DNA of 64,000 nt from contig CBDDIJ010000003.1 of NCBI GenBank assembly GCA_965228855.1, positions 1,664,001 through 1,728,000 on the forward strand, read 5' to 3'. The position numbers and the translations under genes are program-made. This DNA comes from Candidatus Obscuribacterales bacterium. GTDB taxonomy: Bacteria; Cyanobacteriota; Vampirovibrionia; Obscuribacterales; Obscuribacteraceae. Below are positions 50,283 through 60,386 of the stretch, in pieces. Position 1 is the stretch's first letter, and each line of letters opens with the position of its first letter. Below the pieces are notes generated by a model that saw only the letters and a program-made list of their open reading frames with translations, made no database searches and had not been told where the DNA came from.

Positions 50283-50589
50283 CTTTCCTCTCCTAATTAT
50301 TTCCAAGTTGAATCAGGCAAATGGATACGCCCATTTGGCTTATTGATTCGTTTTTTGACTGTCCCCTCGGCGCGGTTCGTTTCAACCGCCGATGTATTCA
50401 ATATACACAATCAGTAGAACAAAATCAACACCTCGGCAGATTAAATCGTACAATTTGTTCTACAAAGCCACCCAAAACCGCCCATTTTACGCAAAATGCT
50501 CCAAATCTGTCGATTATAAACCTCACCCTCCAGTCTACACACGAGACTAAAAGCGACTGCACACTGTCGACTAAAATCGACTATCCTGC

Positions 50590-50715
50590 CAATACTTATA
50601 AGAGTCCCGGCAATACTAATAAGAGTCCTGGCAATTCCTTATAGTCCGGGTACTCTAGATAGTCTGGATAGTCTAGATAGTCTGGATAGTCTGGACAGTT
50701 CAGCTCAGTTCAGCC
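50590..50715. repeat. Nested short tandem repeats: about 21-bp x3, 9-bp x5, then CAGTT/CAGCT 5-mers
   Basis: CAATACT.ATAAGAGTCC.GG at 50590 and 50611 plus a degenerate third copy; TCT(A/G)GA(T/C)AG x5 at 50654-50698. Confidence 0.85.
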
Positions 50716-50772
50716 GGTGCTACATAGTTGCATATAGAAGGTACGGCAGTTTATTTGCAAGCGAGGCGAAAG

Positions 50773-51681
50773 ATGGCGAGAGCGATGTGGTCTGGAGTTG
50801 TAAGTTTCGGGATGGTGACTATTCCGGTAAAGCTGCACTCAGCAACGGAGAGTCATAACGTTTCATTTCACCTCCTGCACGAGAAATGCGATACGCGCAT
50901 AAAGGAACAAAGATGGTGCCCGCACTGTGACGAGCAAGTGGACTGGGAGGATGTGGTCAAAGGCTTTGAGTACAGCAAAGGGAAGTACGTCGAACTCACT
51001 TCCGAGGATTTTGAAAAGCTCCCCCTGCCCAGCAAGCACACGATTGACGTCGCGTCCTTCGTGGCTCTGGAAAAAGTCGATCCTATATATTACGACTCAA
51101 CATATTACATTTCAGTGGACTCAGCCGCTCAGAAGCCTTACAAACTCTTGATCGACGTAATGGAAAAACAGCAGGTCGTCGGCATTGCTACAATCACTTT
51201 TCGCAACAAAGAACGGCTCTGCGCCTTGCGTCCCATGGACGGCAAGCTTGCGCTGCAGACCCTCCTGTACGAAGATGAATTGCGGGAAAATCCAGCAAAA
51301 AAACCGACATCCGTAAAAGTTTCAGCTCAAGAAAAAAAGATGGCGGAGACTCTCATAAATGCACTTACCGAGAAGGAATTTGAGCCTTCGAAATTCAAGG
51401 ACAAGTATCAGAGCGCGCTTAAGAAACTTATCCAGGCGAAACTGAAGGGCAAGGAATTGAAGGAAATTAAACAGAGCGAACCGACGAACGTAACCGATCT
51501 GATGGAGGCGCTACGTGCCAGCCTCGAGAGCGCGAGCAAGGGCGGTAAGAAATCCGCTGCGAAGAGCACGACAAAACGGAAAGCTACAACTAAGTCGGCG
51601 GCAAAGACTTCGAAGTCCGCGAAGGTTCGCAAGAGCAAGAGCGGATCGAAGCGCGGTACGCGCAAAACAAAAGCAGCATAG
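50773..51681 (+). CDS. ku: NHEJ DNA end-binding protein Ku
   Basis: MARAMWSGVVSFGMVTIPVKL, VKGFEY, DLMEALRASL, Lys-rich tail. Confidence 0.95.
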   Translation: MARAMWSGVVSFGMVTIPVKLHSATESHNVSFHLLHEKCDTRIKEQRWCPHCDEQVDWEDVVKGFEYSKGKYVELTSEDFEKLPLPSKHTIDVASFVALEKVDPIYYDSTYYISVDSAAQKPYKLLIDVMEKQQVVGIATITFRNKERLCALRPMDGKLALQTLLYEDELRENPAKKPTSVKVSAQEKKMAETLINALTEKEFEPSKFKDKYQSALKKLIQAKLKGKELKEIKQSEPTNVTDLMEALRASLESASKGGKKSAAKSTTKRKATTKSAAKTSKSAKVRKSKSGSKRGTRKTKAA

Positions 51682-51736
51682 CTACCAACAGCCCGGTAAT
51701 CGCGCCATCAAAGGTATCTCGCAGCGCAACTAATTT

Positions 51737-52186
51737 CTAAGTATCTTCATTGAGAGGCAACGTCACAACGTTCACGTAAAACGATTTGATACTTTTCGCG
51801 ACTTCTAAGAATTTCTCGAACTCAACCGGTTTGGTGATGAATGAACTCGCGTACAACCTGTAAGCAGTCATAATGTCGCGTTCGTCCTCAGACGTAGTCA
51901 AAATAACAACAGGGATGGACTTCAGATCCGGATCTTTCTTTATCTCTGCAAGAACCTCAAGACCGTCCTTTTTCGGCATGTTTAGATCAAGCAGGATCAC
52001 ATCCGGTCTCTGCACATCCGCGTATTGACCCTCTTTCCGAAGGTAGGCGATAGCTTCCACACCGTCTTTAACGATTGTCAACTCGTTAACTAATCTTCCA
52101 TTCTTAAATGCCAGTCTTGCCAGTTCGGCGTCGGACGGACTGTCCTCAGCCATTAATATTCTTACCGGTCTCTGCTGCTCCGCCAC
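51737..52186 (-). CDS. Single-domain response regulator (Rcp1-like)
   Basis: AEDSPSD, PDVILLDLNMPKKDG, ILTTS, ITKP. Confidence 0.92.
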   Translation of the reverse strand: MAEQQRPVRILMAEDSPSDAELARLAFKNGRLVNELTIVKDGVEAIAYLRKEGQYADVQRPDVILLDLNMPKKDGLEVLAEIKKDPDLKSIPVVILTTSEDERDIMTAYRLYASSFITKPVEFEKFLEVAKSIKSFYVNVVTLPLNEDT

Positions 52187-52487
52187 TCGCTCGCTCCTGG
52201 TTGCGATTATTTGATATCTTAATAAATTATGGTACTACAGCCGGTGCTAGTGGAATAGTAAATTCAGATCGCAGTGTCTGAATAATTTTCGCACCCTTTA
52301 CCAGTATTTTAAACCGCCACATAAACGGCGCCAATAAAATCTTATTTTCTGAACACTCTGCTAAATGGGATTAGCGGAACAGTTCTCTCGCGATTTCAGT
52401 TACGGTCTGAATTCTCCTCAGACACTTCGCAGACGATACGTGGTATGGTCGTTACTCGCAGCAAGGCTATCCAGAGGAAACCCGACC

Positions 52488-52973
52488 ATGACTGAATCCG
52501 TATCGAGACGCAAACGGGAACTCCAATTTCCCGATCCGAATTTCCGTGAAAAGATTAAAAACAGCTTCGCCGTACAGGGGTTCATGCAGGCTCACAATGG
52601 AGAACTTGTTTCCGTAGAGCCAGGATTCGTTGAAGTTCACATACCATTCGGTAAGGCGTTGGCTCAACAACACGGATTTTTCCACGGCGGCATCATTGCG
52701 ACTGCAGCTGACTCAGCTTCCGGTTTTGCGTCGTACACAGTCACCGAGCCAGATGAGGAGTGTCTCTCCGCAGAATTCAAAATTAACTTTCTAAGTCCAG
52801 GCAAGGGCGAAAAGCTTATCTCACGCGGTCGAGTCATTAGAGCGGGTAGAACTCTGATCATCACAGAAGCGTCGGTCTCCGTTCTACGCGATGGCGAGGA
52901 GATTGAGTGCGCGCTTATGTTGCATACTCTTTCGCGCACGAAACAAGTACGGAGCATTTCAAAAATCGAGTAG
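52488..52973 (+). CDS. PaaI-family hotdog thioesterase
   Basis: QQHGFFHGGIIATAADSA, EFKINFL, GRT; ATG 52488 after GAGG. Confidence 0.9.
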   Translation: MTESVSRRKRELQFPDPNFREKIKNSFAVQGFMQAHNGELVSVEPGFVEVHIPFGKALAQQHGFFHGGIIATAADSASGFASYTVTEPDEECLSAEFKINFLSPGKGEKLISRGRVIRAGRTLIITEASVSVLRDGEEIECALMLHTLSRTKQVRSISKIE

Positions 52974-53176
52974 CTTTGACACCACTTGCAGTACCATCGT
53001 TTAATTGTGCTCATGAGCCGGTGCCGCTTACCTCCGCGAAAGCGCAAGCTTCCTTGACAATATACAAGTCGACAGAAGAATCGTTTAATCGCTTTTTTGC
53101 AGACTACATATGCAGGGTTATTACTCGATCGTACTGCGCAACCTGATATATACTGGCTTTTGACAGTAAATTTGCG

Positions 53177-54277
53177 ATGCCACGTTTGAACAAGTCCGTC
53201 AACATTGTTTTAGTCGAAGACGACGCGTCATTCTGCACCGCGGTAAAGGCGGCTCTGTCCCAATATAGTGAGTATGCGATCAACAGCACATCGAGCCTAT
53301 CGGAGGCTTTGCGGTTGATTGTTGAACTCAACTCGGCACATAGAGAGCCCAGTAGCAATGTAGTCGTTTTGCTGGATTTAAATTTGCCGGATAGTAGCGG
53401 ACTCTCGACATTCACTACGTTGAAGGAGCACTGTGCAGGTGTCCCTGTTATCATTCTCAGTGGGAGAGACGACGAGAAGCTCGCGCTGCAGGCCATCGAA
53501 CTTGGTGTTCAAGACTATTTAGTAAAAGGCGATATCACAAGTCGTGATCTTGCGCGTTCCATCACTTACGCAATGGAAAGGTCAAAGCTGTTAGCGGATC
53601 GAGAAGATTTTATAGCTACCCTAACTCACGACTTGAAAGGTCCACTGTTCGGAGCTAATAGAATTCTGGCTCTGGTCGCGGACGGGAAGTTTGGACCAAT
53701 CCAAGATGACCAGAAGGAACTACTGAGCAGATTACAGCTAAGCAATGTTCGTTTGCTGGAGATGATAACAAACTTGCTAGAAGTGTATCGCTTTGAGAAT
53801 AACCCGGGTTCATTAGAATTATCCAGAGTACGCCTCTTAGAAATTGCCAGAGCCTGTGTCGACGATCAAATTCCAATCGCGGAAGACAAGGATATTGAGC
53901 TTGTTCTGGATGCTGAACCTGCATCAAGTTATCTGGTGAATGCAGAAGCTTTTTCGATTGCGCGAGTGATACGAAATCTGCTCGATAATGCAATCAAATA
54001 TACGCCGAGACATGGAACAGTTTCACTTCAGTTGAGAGAGAGCAACGGCACCGTGTTAGTAGAAATAAGTGATACCGGTCCTGGTGTCGTTGAAGCGGAC
54101 CAACCGTTTCTCTTTCGCAGATTTTTTAGGGGCACCTCAGGTCTCAGATATTCTAGAAGCACCGGTCTCGGTCTTTATTTATGCAAGCAAATTATGCAAA
54201 ATCACGCAGGTAATGTCTCGTACCGTTCTAATCCCGCTGGTGGCAGTATCTTTACCCTGGAGCTTCCTTCGGCATAA
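53177..54277 (+). CDS. Hybrid receiver-histidine kinase
   Basis: N-terminal VEDD..LDLNLPD; THDLKGPL, NLLDNAIKY, DTGPG, GLGL. Confidence 0.92.
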   Translation: MPRLNKSVNIVLVEDDASFCTAVKAALSQYSEYAINSTSSLSEALRLIVELNSAHREPSSNVVVLLDLNLPDSSGLSTFTTLKEHCAGVPVIILSGRDDEKLALQAIELGVQDYLVKGDITSRDLARSITYAMERSKLLADREDFIATLTHDLKGPLFGANRILALVADGKFGPIQDDQKELLSRLQLSNVRLLEMITNLLEVYRFENNPGSLELSRVRLLEIARACVDDQIPIAEDKDIELVLDAEPASSYLVNAEAFSIARVIRNLLDNAIKYTPRHGTVSLQLRESNGTVLVEISDTGPGVVEADQPFLFRRFFRGTSGLRYSRSTGLGLYLCKQIMQNHAGNVSYRSNPAGGSIFTLELPSA

Positions 54278-55166
54278 CACAGAAAACGCGCGCGGTGAAA
54301 GCACCAGGAAACATACAACCTTTCAAGATGAATAGCTGAGACTCAAGGAACGTATTTTAATCTTTCTTGCAGTATGTTTGGCATCAGACGAACAGGTGTG
54401 AGTGATGAGACTCACGACGAATGGAGCTCAGAACTTACCTAGAAGATAGTCCTTGACTAACCTTGCAGAGAATGGCTGTCTTCTGGAATAGCTACTTCTC
54501 TTGAGCATGGAGAAGTAATATGCTTCATTCAATACTCAACTTCTCGGGCGGCACTTGTGATCAGAGACCGTTTTCCGGTGCAATATGAAATCGCATACGA
54601 ATAAACTACTGGACATATTCTTGCTCGCCATACTCGCAATCGGATCCGTCTGCGGATTGCGTGACTTAGACTAGGACAAATTTCCAGAAAGAAAAATCTA
54701 TCTAAGCGCGGCTTCGCCATCCGGATGGGATGTAATCATCGAATGCTCCGGCGTTCTGGACGATGTGGTGTCCTTCTCTCACATTCAATTTATCCGCAAA
54801 TCCTTTAACTCCACGCAGAATCACCATCTGTAGTGCGTGAAGTTCCACTCGATCACGATTAAACTCTTGCAGTCGTCATCATTGCGCCACCTGAAGGCTA
54901 CATTGTTTCCGAGCAGTGTTGTCAGATCCGCTTAATCTGAAAGGAAGAGCAAATGTTGGAGCCATGCTGTGAATTTTCCAGGAATTTTCCTGCTCCAGGC
55001 TCTAGCTGAAATCATTGTTGGTATGTCATGGATGGCAACGTTCGCGCTTACCGCAAGAAGTAGACAAACAGGCGCTTGAGCAACACACCCAACCTTTGTT
55101 TATCAACAACAGATCGATTTCACCAACTTACAAAGAAAGAAAGAAAGAGAGAAGGAAGGAAGAACC

Positions 55167-55748
55167 ATGAAAAAAATGAATTCAACACTCCATGGAATTC
55201 TAGACTACGCGGCCGTAGCTATGTGGGAGACAGTCCCGGCTGTAATGAAACTTTCTGCGCCCCATATCGCTTTTATGCGCGCGTTCGGAGGTGCATTTCT
55301 TGGAGTGAACCTGCTAACGAAATATCCACTTTCGATCAAAAAAGTAGTCCCATTTCCTGTTCATGGTGCGGTTGAAACGGGCTCGGCGTTGCTGTTTTTA
55401 GGACTCAGTTGCAATCCTTTGCTGAAGAAGCGAGAAAGGCTATTTTATCTAGCCAGCGGAGTACAACTTGGAGCAATGGTGCTGTTATCAAATTACAAGG
55501 ACAAAGCGACCACGCTTGAGAAGCCTGGATTTGAAAAGGTTTCGGAAAACGCTGAGGCCGCGAAGGTGCATATTCCATCGCTAGAAACACAGCACGATCA
55601 ACAAATTAGAGAAGAGCAAGAGGCAGTGCAAGGCGTAAAACAGGTGATGGAAACGATGGGAGGCGAGTCGAAAATTACAGACGACGAAACCGATGAAGGA
55701 ATGCCGTATAGAAATGTGTCAGAGACGCAGAGCAGCTTCGCACCATAG
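55167..55748 (+). CDS. Membrane protein (SPW-repeat-like) with acidic tail
   Basis: HGILDY and HGAVE motifs; four hydrophobic segments. Confidence 0.65.
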   Translation: MKKMNSTLHGILDYAAVAMWETVPAVMKLSAPHIAFMRAFGGAFLGVNLLTKYPLSIKKVVPFPVHGAVETGSALLFLGLSCNPLLKKRERLFYLASGVQLGAMVLLSNYKDKATTLEKPGFEKVSENAEAAKVHIPSLETQHDQQIREEQEAVQGVKQVMETMGGESKITDDETDEGMPYRNVSETQSSFAP

Positions 55749-55850
55749 TCGTGAGCAGTACCTCTGAACGGTAATGGCACTTACCTGAAGGTCTGTTTCA
55801 CGGTCGCAGAATCAAATGCTACCCATAAGGTAAGAGCACGAGGAGACAAT

Positions 55851-56897
55851 TTGATGCGTCACTTTTTTTTGATTGGAATTACTTTGGGCATCGTAAATAC
55901 CGTAGCTTTATCCGGGTTTCCAGCCTTTGCTCAAGCGGCGACCACTTCGACCGCCTCAAACGAAGCTGCAGCAGAGCGAAGTAACAAAGACGATTCCGAG
56001 ACATCAATGACTTCGGAATCGAAGCAGACGCAAGCAAATTCCTCAGAAGAAATGGACGAAACATCTGCGACGAAGGTAAGCGCCGATTCTCGTTCGGATG
56101 AGAAAGCGAACTCAAATGCTGATGATACCTTGAAGATAACGTCAGGCAAGAAATCGACAGCAAAAAACTTAGAAGGTCATGCTCATGAAGAGAAAGTGGA
56201 GCATGCGGCGAAAAAGCAAGAGAAAGCAGACCAGGCGATGGTCAATGCAGCAAATAAGATTGAAGGTGTTGAAATTGATCCTGATATCTTTAAGGCAGAG
56301 AAAAAAGGTTTTACGCTCGGCAAGCTCAACCCGACCAGATGGATATTCAAACCGATTACGGATATCGGCAAACAGGTTGTTCATCTAGAGAAGGAAATCA
56401 TGCGCCTCCAGGCGCCTATTGCAAGTTTGCACAAGCCAATGGGCGAACTTCGCGACGACATGACCAAAGTAAAATCGGAAATGAATGCTCTTCAAACCGA
56501 CATAAGCGGAGTCGGCGGTGCGATGGGAGACGTAGACGGAAGACTTGCGCGCATCGAAAGTCAGCTGGACAAGATGTACGAGCCGGTGGTCACTTTGAAA
56601 GACCCTGTTGTTGCCCTGAAGGAGCCGGTTGTAGGCGTCAACCAGGAGATGACGACTTTAAAATCCGATTTGAAAGATCTCAAGGATGTTGTCAGTTTGA
56701 CCTCCACCTTAATACTCGTAGCGGTAGTCGCCGTCGGTCTCTTAGTGGTAGTTGGGTTGCCGCTTGGAACTGCTTTGGTTTGGAAACATAGAAGGGCAAT
56801 CGTCAATAAGTTCGAAAAGAAGAAACTGACCAAGTCGACAGATCCAATTAAGGAATCCGAAACGTCAAAACAAGAAGCCCTGGGTGCGCGCCACTAA
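55851..56897 (+). CDS. Hypothetical exported coiled-coil protein with C-terminal membrane anchor
   Basis: Signal peptide ending AFA-QA; heptad region; C-terminal TM followed by basic residues. Confidence 0.7.
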   Translation: MMRHFFLIGITLGIVNTVALSGFPAFAQAATTSTASNEAAAERSNKDDSETSMTSESKQTQANSSEEMDETSATKVSADSRSDEKANSNADDTLKITSGKKSTAKNLEGHAHEEKVEHAAKKQEKADQAMVNAANKIEGVEIDPDIFKAEKKGFTLGKLNPTRWIFKPITDIGKQVVHLEKEIMRLQAPIASLHKPMGELRDDMTKVKSEMNALQTDISGVGGAMGDVDGRLARIESQLDKMYEPVVTLKDPVVALKEPVVGVNQEMTTLKSDLKDLKDVVSLTSTLILVAVVAVGLLVVVGLPLGTALVWKHRRAIVNKFEKKKLTKSTDPIKESETSKQEALGARH

Positions 56898-57017
56898 GTG
56901 TGGTGCGCCACTCGCGTAGAAACCCGTTGGGATGGTGCATTGGTAGTGAAGGCTTAGCACGATTCGCTGCTGATACACAATGCGAAATATTCACAGTGAC
57001 ACATAGGGGGTTGAACC

Positions 57018-58199
57018 ATGAAGGCGACGACATGGCACGGGAAAAGGGACATCCGCGTTGAGGAGGTGCCCGAACCGAACATAGTTTTACCTACCGACGT
57101 AATTATCGAGGTTACAGCTTCGGCGATTTGTGGGTCAGACTTACATATTTACGACGGCTTAGTTCCTACGATGGAGAAGGGTGACATTCTAGGTCACGAA
57201 TTTGTGGGCAAGGTAGTTGAAGTCGGCAGCGCTGTGCAACGGCTCAAGGTTGGAGACCGAATTGTCGTGCCGTTCACAATTGCTTGCGGAAATTGTGTTT
57301 TCTGCAAAGAGGGGAAGACAGCGCTTTGTATCGCAAGCAATCCTGAGTATGAGAAACAGAAAAAAATTATAGGATATCGCACCAGTGGATTGTTCGGATA
57401 CTCTCACATGTACGGCGGTTATGCAGGCGGACAGGCACAAATGGCCCGCGTCCCGTTTGGCGATGTCGGCGGGCTAGTCGTTCCTGAAGAATTGTCCGAC
57501 GAACAAATTCTCTTTTTGACCGATATCTTCCCGACAGGATATATGGCTGCAGAAAATTGCAACATACAGCCCGGTCAAACCGTAGCGATCTGGGGTTGTG
57601 GTCCGGTTGGGCAGTTCGCGATACGAAGTGCTTTCCTCCTCGGCGCGACACAGGTGATTGCGATCGATCGTTTTCCCGAACGTCTGGCAATGGCGCAAAG
57701 CGCAGGAGCTATTCCACTGGATTACACGCAAGTCAACATACTTGATGCGGTAAAGGATTTAACCGGCGGTCTAGGTCCGCATGCTTGCATCGATGCTGTG
57801 GGAATGGAAGCGCATGGAACAACAATTGACGCCAAGCTAGACCAGGTCATGCAAGCGGTTAAGTTGGAAACGGATCGTCCGCATGTTCTTCGAGAAATTT
57901 TTCAGGTGTGCAGAAATGGTGGAGTGGTCTCCGTCCCCGGAGTGTATGTAGGCATACTGCAAAACTTCCCTTTTGGCGTTGCCTTTGCAAAAGGTTTGAG
58001 TATTAAGATGGGTCAGACCCATGTTCATCCATACCTCGAGCCACTTTTGAAGCTGATTCAAGACGGTAAGATTGATCCAACGTTCGTGATCTCGCATCGA
58101 ATTACAATGGACGAAATTCCTGACGCATATCAGACCTTCGTCAAGAAAGAAGATAACGCGATCAAATACGTAATCTCGCCGAATTCGAAAGCCGCCTAG
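57018..58199 (+). CDS. Zinc-dependent alcohol/formaldehyde dehydrogenase (YbdR-like)
   Basis: ICGSDLH, GHE, CGNCVFC, TDIFPTG, GCGPVG. Confidence 0.93.
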   Translation: MKATTWHGKRDIRVEEVPEPNIVLPTDVIIEVTASAICGSDLHIYDGLVPTMEKGDILGHEFVGKVVEVGSAVQRLKVGDRIVVPFTIACGNCVFCKEGKTALCIASNPEYEKQKKIIGYRTSGLFGYSHMYGGYAGGQAQMARVPFGDVGGLVVPEELSDEQILFLTDIFPTGYMAAENCNIQPGQTVAIWGCGPVGQFAIRSAFLLGATQVIAIDRFPERLAMAQSAGAIPLDYTQVNILDAVKDLTGGLGPHACIDAVGMEAHGTTIDAKLDQVMQAVKLETDRPHVLREIFQVCRNGGVVSVPGVYVGILQNFPFGVAFAKGLSIKMGQTHVHPYLEPLLKLIQDGKIDPTFVISHRITMDEIPDAYQTFVKKEDNAIKYVISPNSKAA

Positions 58200-58713
58200 A
58201 CAACAGTTCGGCACGGTTAACACCATGAAGCACAGTAACTGACACTGAGTCGGCTTTTTCACGCATCGCCCTAATGAGAAAGCCAGGCGACGAAGTGCGA
58301 GCAATCGAAAGAGAATCAACGAATCTAAACATTCAACTAACACGATTCACCAACAGTCCAAACTTTTGGTACTCTTTGATCAGAGAGTCAAGTTCGCGCC
58401 GCATGGCGATCATCGTCGCGGATTTGATGTTATACAACAAACTTTCATCTAATAAAACAAAACGACATCTCAGCGGCTGGAGTTGTCCCAATATGCAAAA
58501 TGTCTTTCGATAGACCGCGTCCGTGCGGTTGACGATTGCAGGTTGTTATCGCACCAATTAGCGACGACCTACTTGCAAACGTTAGTACGGCAGACCATTT
58601 TCTCGCGCGGCTATTTTTCGGAAGAATCTAATTGGGTATGAATCACAACTCAGTGCGAATCGAAGCGATGTATCGCGGACTATGCTTTTGATTTGCTTGA
58701 TTGAGGGGACGTA

Positions 58714-59214
58714 ATGGACTCTACAGAAACTTATCGACAATCACAAGCACTAAACACACTGCCGGCCGAGTGGGAATCGCTCGGTCTCATGATCCGAATT
58801 GTCTCTGCTCGATGGATGCTCGCGATAATTCATCAATTAGCCGGAGGAGCTAAACGGCCATCCTACTTTTACAAAATCTTTCCGAACCTGAGCGCAAAAA
58901 CTTTGACCGTGCGATTGCGCGAACTGGAAGAATTCCAACTAGTCAGACGCGAAGCAATTTATCAGAAGAGATTAAAGGTGGAGTATGAGCTGACAGAAAA
59001 GGGTCAAGACCTTTTCGCCCTACTTCAATCTTTAGTCGAGTTCGGCAAGGAACTCAATTCGGATACAGGTTCAGAGCAGCTACAAGAGAGTGCAGCCATA
59101 TCAGAAGAGAAGATTCAGTCCGAATCTAGCGCGCACAAATTCGATCAGACATCGGAGACATCCATTGACTCTTTTGATATTCCTGGATACAAAGGTCCAG
59201 AGCAATTAAATTAG
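58714..59214 (+). CDS. HxlR-family winged-helix regulator
   Basis: RWMLAII, SAKTLTVRLRELE, VEYELTEKG. Confidence 0.88.
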   Translation: MDSTETYRQSQALNTLPAEWESLGLMIRIVSARWMLAIIHQLAGGAKRPSYFYKIFPNLSAKTLTVRLRELEEFQLVRREAIYQKRLKVEYELTEKGQDLFALLQSLVEFGKELNSDTGSEQLQESAAISEEKIQSESSAHKFDQTSETSIDSFDIPGYKGPEQLN

Positions 59215-59328
59215 TGGAGCGAAGGTGAGCCACTTACGAAATTGGCTGGTCGCGAACCTCAAAGATTGTCTGCAAATCAGCGATTTCCTATGCTACAAGA
59301 GATACAGTGAGATGGTTTGAATCGAAGA

Positions 59329-59356
59329 AAAGGGATGTGCTTTGACACATCCCTTT
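59329..59356. terminator. Bidirectional intrinsic terminator
   Basis: AAAGGGATGTG-CTTTGA-CACATCCCTTT between the convergent HxlR genes. Confidence 0.8.
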
Positions 59357-59432
59357 CTGCTTCCATTTCTGTTTCGGTGCGTCAAGGCGAATCACCAATC
59401 GCGTTTGAACTTACACACGCGAAAGTGTACGA

Positions 59433-59831
59433 CTACATATTGGCATCATCAAAATTGTTTTCAGTAGCTTTGGATTCCGCCACGCCCCATGAGTAGCCAA
59501 ATTCGACCATACCTTCTATTAGATAAATAAAATCGCGCCCCGTCGGAGTCAAGCTGTACTCGACGCGAGGCGGAATGACTTCAAATGATTCGCGATTCAC
59601 CAGACCGCACTCCTCAAGCTCGCGAAGCCTCAGAGTCAGGGTCTTCGCGCTAATCCTCTCATGTGCTTTATTAATCTCAGAAGGGCGCTTCGGACCTGCG
59701 AGCAACTCATGGAGAATTGCCAGCATCCACCTGGAGGAGATAATTTTGATAATAGGGAACAACCCCTGCCACTTCGGAGGGATAGTGTCTCCGACTGCCG
59801 ATTGTTTCAGAAAACCTTTTTCCGCTTCCAT
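59433..59831 (-). CDS. HxlR-family winged-helix regulator
   Basis: RWMLAIL, SAKTLTLRLRELE, PPRVEYSLT; ATG 59831 preferred over 59918. Confidence 0.88.
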   Translation of the reverse strand: MEAEKGFLKQSAVGDTIPPKWQGLFPIIKIISSRWMLAILHELLAGPKRPSEINKAHERISAKTLTLRLRELEECGLVNRESFEVIPPRVEYSLTPTGRDFIYLIEGMVEFGYSWGVAESKATENNFDDANM

Positions 59832-60386
59832 GTTTCTATAGTTTCGACTTCCAACCAGAAAAATATCATATTGAACTGTCGTAAATATACTGGCAGCAAA
59901 GTAAGTGTGAAAACTCAAACAGCTGCAAGAGATAGCTCTTATCGATCTTCGTTTTTACTCGCGTACAAAACACTTTTGCACAGTCCTTATTATCCGCAGC
60001 CACTACCTGCAGTGGCACTCAGCAATTTACTTTGTGCTGGAGACTCGTTAGAAGTGAACAAAGCGTCTTTGCAAAACATATTAAATAGCAGGTTTCTTTC
60101 TGACCACAGCCTGATTGATTTAGTGCGTCTATCAGAAAAAAAATATTGTAGACGCGTATCATCCTTTTGCGGCTTGAATAGTAACGAGGTCCGGACGAGA
60201 ACTTGTTTGCGATCATCTTCTCAACAAACAGAAAAATCTCTGCCTCGAAATCGAAGCAGGAGCAATGTCGTGTGCCAGAGTAGGTTAGCCTTAAAAGGAT
60301 TCGATGAGATTACAGATGAAAAACGGTCCCCTCTTGAGGGGACCGCATGACCTATCAGTCGGTGATTGAAGAACCTGAAGTTGGCG

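Noticed and set aside
59661..60350. 229-aa plus-strand ORF
   Set aside because: Overlaps the HxlR gene antisense and has non-protein-like composition
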